Shown in pieces: positions 58,191-64,000 of a stretch of 64,000 nucleotides of DNA (the first letter of the stretch is position 1; each line of letters opens with the position of its first letter). The DNA is taken from contig NC_045696.1 of the NCBI RefSeq assembly GCF_009834535.1, forward strand, positions 109,804,001 to 109,868,000, given 5' to 3'. This DNA is from Camelus ferus (taxonomy: Eukaryota). The position numbers and the translations under genes were made by a program. Under the pieces are notes generated by a model. The model did not search any database, had not been told where the DNA came from, and saw nothing but the letters and a program-made list of their open reading frames with translations.

Positions 58191-60131
58191 GGTGATTGTT
58201 CCTTTATCTGTCCTTTCCAGCCCTGCTGCTCATTACTGGGTCTTCAGTGCCTGCTGAGGGAGCGCCTGCTCCCTAGTAAACAATCACTAAATATTTGTTG
58301 ACAATTAAAAAAAAAATTAAAGTTTCATGCTGTGTGTTCGGGTTACTAAATATGAAATCACTTGGTATTTTGGCATCTTCTCTCAAATCTGTTTATATAG
58401 TTTTTCCTCATGCTAAACTATCTGTGACCTCAAAATGGCTGGACCAAAATAGCCACCTCAAAGTACCTGACTGCCTAGTGACCCTGTGGCTCCCCTGAGG
58501 ACCTCACTGCTACCTGCCATCCCCTTAGTTTTCCGAGCTGGGAGTCACCCTCCGTCTCAGCCCAAATAGAACTGGACTTACTGGCCTACTCCCCAGTCTG
58601 GTGCTTGAGGGAGGGGCCTGGGGGTAGCTTCATGTAATTGCTGATTAGCGTCTTCCCCAACCCCCCAAACGCTGTCAAAGCATTATGATGACAAGGGCCC
58701 AACCTCCTGCATGGAGTTCATCCCAGATGGTGTGATTCTGGGGTCTATGTGCCCCCCAGCCCCCGCCATCACCCTGTGCCCATCCTTCCTCAGACCTCTC
58801 CACGCAGTGGGATGCCCAGCCTGAGGAATTTCAGAAGGATAGAAACTGGAAAACTTTTGTAGGGCTGCCGGAGGCTTTCATTCTTGCTGCTGGCAGATCT
58901 CCTTATGGGCCTCTGTGGGTCTTGGCCCCGGAGGAACAAAAAGCACATCATGTATTTGTCAACAATTGTAGGATTATATAAATCAGTAAGATACAGTTAA
59001 ATGTTACGTATTAAAGCTGCTGCCGAGTGCAGTTCAGTGGAGAATAATTGTAATTTCTCAGCAAAATGACAAAGTTAATGAAAGGTTCTTAATGGCTCTG
59101 TGTCGCTCCCTCTCCCCACATCTGTGACAAAGAAGCTCAGATTCCAACCTAGCCAGACTGCAGCAAATCCACAACGGCTCCAGGACTGCTTAACACCATA
59201 TCCCAAGCCAATACCCAGGTCCCTAGGTCCTCACAGTTCCCGGAATGTCCTACACAAAAGGGAACCTTGCTTGTCTACTGTGTGTAGAAAACGTGAAGCC
59301 TGAAAATCTCCTCTCTTTCCCTTGAGTGTGACATTTGGATGAAAATGACCCGGCATCTGGTCTTGCTCAAGCAGCCTCAGTGGAAGCTGACTCTCCGTCC
59401 GCAGCTGGACTTTGACAACCTTCTGAGGTTTGCCGAGGACTCCCCGAACTGTGCTGCAGTCTGCTGCCCAGGCTCGCTCCTTCCTGCACTTCATTTAGGA
59501 TCCTGGACCCTTGCCCTGTAGCTCCACCCATGAGACTCACGGCCTCTCTGAAGATTTGGTGGACACTGGAATCATTTTGAAAGATAATATAGCTTAAGTG
59601 TTAAAGGTTTATTTTTACATACCTTATTTCCTCAGCTAAAAGCTTCAATAGAAGGCAAAAGGAAAAATGCAGGTAAGAAAGTAAGAGGCAGAGAGAGATG
59701 GGACTAATACAAAAAGTGTACACTCAAAGGCTCTGGAAAGTAGCTTTTGGAGGTAGGGACAGGGCCAGTTAGGGACTGAACTTCCTAGCATTTTTCGCAG
59801 ATGATGTTAGAGGAAATTTCTGTCTTAGCCACTGATAATGAAGATGTTTCGGGGGCCACAGTTAGATGGTTGCCCCAGATCTTCACAATCTTGTGAGTCT
59901 GAGCAGTACATACAGTTGAATCTCCTTGCATAAGGATCATGCCACTGCAAAGCTTTCTTGCCTCCAGCATGTCTTGTATTTCCCCTCTTTGGATCTTTGC
60001 ATCAGCTGTCTCCTCTTCTGGGAATGTTCTGCCCTCTCCTGCCTACCTGTGGAAGTCAGCTGATTTTGTAGGGCCTCCATCACTTTTCCATCTTCCCAGG
60101 GGCCCAGGTGGGATTAAACTGCCTCTCTCAG

Positions 60132-60743
60132 TGATACAAGAAAAAGGGATGTGGGGTGTGAGGATGGCCATGTCCCAGGTCTCCGCTGAGCCCCTGGGAC
60201 ATGCCTCGCCAAGTGTGGGTCCTTGGCTTTGCACAGGAAAGAATTCAAGAGCGAGCCACAGTTGGGTAAAGGTATATTTATTTAGAGAGATACATACTAA
60301 ATAGAGTATAGGCTGTTTTAAAAGGCGAGAGGAAGGCCACAAGGTGTGGGGACTGGGTACTCAGGTTAAAGTAAAAGTAGATACACACTCCGTAGACAGA
60401 GGGCAGGCAACCTTCCAAGACAAGGGAGTGAGGGAGGCGGCTACGAGGAGTGGTGTTGCCAGTTTTTATGGGCTTGGTAGCTTCATATGCCAACAAGTGG
60501 GAGGACCATTCTAACTACCCTGGGGAAGAGGCTGGGATTCCCAGGAATTTGGCCACTGCCCACTCTTTGACCTTTTATGGTTAGCCTTGGTGCCTGTGGG
60601 AGTGTCACTTACCATGTTAATATTACAATGAGCATATAATGAAGCTCAAGGTCTACTGGGGGTTGCATCTTCCACCATTTTGATGTTAATTGCTGTGTCA
60701 TTCCTTGAATGGCTGTGCCCTGTCCCCCTGTCCTACTGTCTCA
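60132..60743 (-). mobile_element. ERV1-type solo LTR (MER41-like)
   Basis: TG...CA termini (tgatac...gtctca), caggaaagaattcaagagcgagcca motif, minus-strand AATAAA at ~60277-60282. Confidence 0.8.
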
Positions 60744-62288
60744 CCCGGTCACCTAAGTCTTTGCACCTCTCCTAAAGCACTGATCCCAGCCTGTGCTGGT
60801 CACCCCGGCATATTACCTGTGGCTGGCTGTATATCTTTGGGAGGGAGGGGACAAGGGTAATTTCTTTGTGGGGCTACGTCTACATGGTGCTTTCCCTTAA
60901 GTATAGTATCAGTGAGACTCTTCAAATTGAAAAGCTCCAAGGACTTGATGACCTTCAGCTCAAACAGTCCCTGAAGATGGGCTAGTCCTGGTCCCTTCAT
61001 AGAAGAGGCGGATGAGCAGTCTCTGGGTTGCTAAGGCCTCGTGGACACAGGGCTTTCCCCAGTGTGCCCAGTCTAACTGGGACAGCCGTGGCTTTCCAGA
61101 ACCCTCCAATTCCATGGGCTGGTCTGGCCTATGGGGCCCTCCTTCCTGGTCCTGAATCCCTGTGACCAAGCAGCCAGCTAGCAAGAGCCCTGGGGTGTGA
61201 ACCTCTGGAAGTCAGCCGCCCCAAATCCCAGTGTGTCCCAGGCTCTGCCCTCAGGCAAGCCTAGCTCACCTGGTCCGAAAGAGAACTACTTTCTGTTCAT
61301 CCCCTTCCTTTCCTGCTTCTTATCTTGCCCACCCAGTTGTTCTGGGCAGAACCCTAGGGTCATGCTGGACTTCACCCTGTCACCCCACCCTCCATCCCAT
61401 TAATCACTAAATCCTACCCTCCAAACCAGGGAGTTCTTTTCTAGATCAAAGAATCAGATCAGGTTATCACTCCCTTGTTTAAAACCATTCAGTGGTGACT
61501 CGCTCTCAAGATATGGGATAAAATTCTTAATAGGATTTAGAAACCTTTCACCTGGCTCTTTTGAAATAAGATTTATAATCTTTTCTAAACCAACACAAAT
61601 ACTGACCCAATCTGAATTTTTCTAGCTGTCGAAACTATTTAAGATTGATAAGGTCTGCATTAAATTGTTAAAAGGTGATTAACTCATCTGGCCAGAATGG
61701 GTGTGAATTCCAAGGGAATTGTTTTTCTCCCCCTTTTCTGCTGCCTGTGACACTCTCCTTAGGTGACTGTAAAAAGTTAAGGTAGTCAGGGTGGAGAGGG
61801 CCCGTGGGTAGGGAGGGGGCTGCAGGAGAAGTCCTGTAGATAAGATTACTTGTGATACCAAAGAGACCCCCCAAGAATGGCCCACCCCTCCCTCTAGAAT
61901 ACCTACTCTATATCAACCTGATGCAACTGTCCAAATTCCTTTTAATGGCAAAATGACTTGGAAGGCATGTAAATACTCAGCAATAGGGAAATGGTATGTA
62001 AACTACGGTTGGAATAATATGTGGCCATTTAAAAGGAAGATTTTGGAGGCTTTGCAACAACATGCAAAACCACATATAATGTCACATTAAGTGGAAGGTA
62101 GACCACCATTTAAGCCAAGAGAGGTGGTGTGGGGATGTGAGATGGTGACCAAAAATATGGATTTTCTAGCTAGATAGATAGACTGGCCATTCATTCCCCA
62201 TTCTCCTCACTCACGTGCTGTGTGATCATCTGCAAGTTACTTAACTTCTCTGAGCTTGAGTTCCTTCTTTTTAAAAATGTAGATAGCA

Positions 62289-62488
62289 TATATAAAAATA
62301 GATAAAAACAAATTTCTTCTGTATAGCACAGGGAACTATATTCAATATCTTATAACAACCTTTAATGAAAAAACATGAAAATGAATATATATATACACAC
62401 ATGACTGGGACATTGTGCTGTACACCAGAAATTGACACATTGTAGCTGACTATACTTCAATTAAAAAAATAAATAAAAATAAAAATTT
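62289..62488 (+). mobile_element. L1 3' end inserted in a MIR
   Basis: ctgtatagcacagggaactatattcaatatc text; TSD-like aaaaatgtagatag / aaaaatgtaaatag; MIR halves on both sides (~62130-62600). Confidence 0.8.
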
Positions 62489-62697
62489 AAAAAATGTAAA
62501 TAGTAATACAAGCTAGATTGTCTTGAGTCTTGGATAAGCTAATGTATATAAATGTGCCAGGCATAAATCAGATTAGGAGCTCAGCAAATATTAGTTTCCT
62601 TCTCCTTTTTAAGTTGTGTGTATGCATTTTTTAATTTCATAAAAAGACTTGAAGAAAATAATAAAATTAAAGACTTTTAAAAATTTTCTGAACTTTT

Positions 62698-62965
62698 TCA
62701 GTTACCTGTTTCTATGTAACAGACCAGTCTAAAACTTGATGCCTTAAAACAATCCTTTTTATCATATTCCACAGTTGTCACAAAAGTCAGGAGTCTGTAC
62801 AAGTGTTGGCCAGGTGATTCTTCTGTTCCACGTGGCATTTGTTGAGGCCACTCTGTGGTATTTATCTGGTGATGGGGCTGGTCAGGAGGGTTAAGACAGC
62901 TTCCTCATTCACAGGTCTGAGGCCTTGGTGAAGATGACTGGGTGGCTGGGCTCAGCTGAACTACT
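62698..62965 (-). mobile_element. MLT1-like MaLR LTR fragment
   Basis: tcagttacctg..tgtaaca..aaaactt..ttaaaacaa..gggctcagctg text. Confidence 0.6.
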
Positions 62966-63043
62966 GGCCAGGAGAGAAGTGAATCACAGGACGAGAACTT
63001 AGAATATGTAAACGTGTGAAGTTGTGAAAGTCCAGAGCAAGTA

Positions 63044-63309
63044 CAGGCGTACCTGGAAGACATTTTGGGTTTAGTCCAGATCACTGCAAGAAAGCAAATA
63101 TCTTGGTAAAGTGAGTCACATGAATTTTTTTGGTTTTCCAGTGCATATAAAAGTTATGTCTATGCTATACAGTAGTTATTAAGCATACAATAGCTTTGTC
63201 TTTATTGCTAAAAAGTGCTAACCATCATCTGATAGTGCAGGGTTGTCACAGATCTTCAATTTGTAAAAATTGCAGTACTGGCAAAGCACAATAAAATGAA
63301 GTGTACCTG
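63044..63309. mobile_element. Internally deleted Tigger1-like DNA transposon
   Basis: TIRs caggcgtacct ... agtgtacctg preceded by TA; internal gagtcacatgaattttttggttttccagtgcatataaaagttatg. Confidence 0.8.
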
Positions 63310-64000
63310 TGCTTCAAAATGACAGGGTGCTTTGGCGTGTCAAATGAAGGGAAGTTTACATCTGTTCGAGAGATTCTGAAAAGGCCCTCATATGGACCTT
63401 AGAGGGTGTGGGAGAGTTCCCAGACCAAGTTGGGATGGAAGGCATCTTAGAGGAAATAAAAAAGGAACCAGCAAAGGCATGAATGTGGGAGAACAAGGGA
63501 CCTGTTTGGGCATGAAGGAGTAGATAAATTCAGAATGACAGTCACAGGGGTAAGTCTGAATAAGATGTTCTGTGTAAGATTTTGAGTGTCAGGATGAGGT
63601 GAGATCTGTTTAACTCCATAGGCAGAGGGGAAGTCTCACTTGCTTGAGCAGAAAAACTCAAGATTCCTACAGGGGTCAGGCAAGTGAGTCAAGTAATCTG
63701 GGTATAAAAATAATCACCTGGGACTCAGCGTTGTCACAGCTTCCAGGGTTGTGGGCCCACTTGACCAGATTCTTTGATATTCCACAAGGAGTAAAACATC
63801 TGGATTCTTAGGTAAAACTTCTCACTTTTAAACTGTTTACAACTACTTAAAAACTGTGTGCAAGCTGAATAAAATTTGTCTGCGGGCCGGATGAAGCCTG
63901 TGGGCGTCCCGTCTCCTTGGATGTTTGTGGCGCTGACCTGCTGTTGAAAGAGCAGCTGGGGCAGGGGAGGGAGACCAGGGAAAGGCCGCATCAGGGGACT

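Noticed and set aside
59339..59521. 60-aa ORF or cryptic exon upstream of CDV3
   Set aside because: No recognisable homology and no supporting neighbouring exons.

Overview
Mammalian genomic DNA, very probably camelid: nine copies of a Vic-1-type tRNA-derived SINE are present, along with artiodactyl-type L1 3' ends. Two convergent genes are resolved exon by exon, with GT-AG boundaries and reading-frame phases checked by hand. On the + strand are the last 8 coding exons of TOPBP1 (953-16551; end of the ATR-activation domain, BRCT7/8, C-terminal NLS). On the - strand is the complete CDV3 gene (CDS 53007 to 41344, 264 aa, plus an alternative NRYLK/KYLK terminal exon) with its CpG-island promoter. 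The rest is mostly transposable elements. The most unusual item is an antisense, polyadenylated SLC22A9/A10/A24-like retrocopy inside a TOPBP1 intron. It appears only partly spliced and lies downstream of a same-strand L1 5'UTR+ORF1, which suggests an L1-promoter-driven chimeric transcript that was retroposed. Other notable items: a young twin-primed L1 insertion with a perfect 16-bp TSD and a short 3' transduction; an old two-LTR ERV-L provirus whose gag is split by an L1; and small CDV3 peculiarities. I found no prokaryote-type or clearly new biological system. Repeat family names and human comparisons are from recall, not database searches, and repeat boundaries are approximate.
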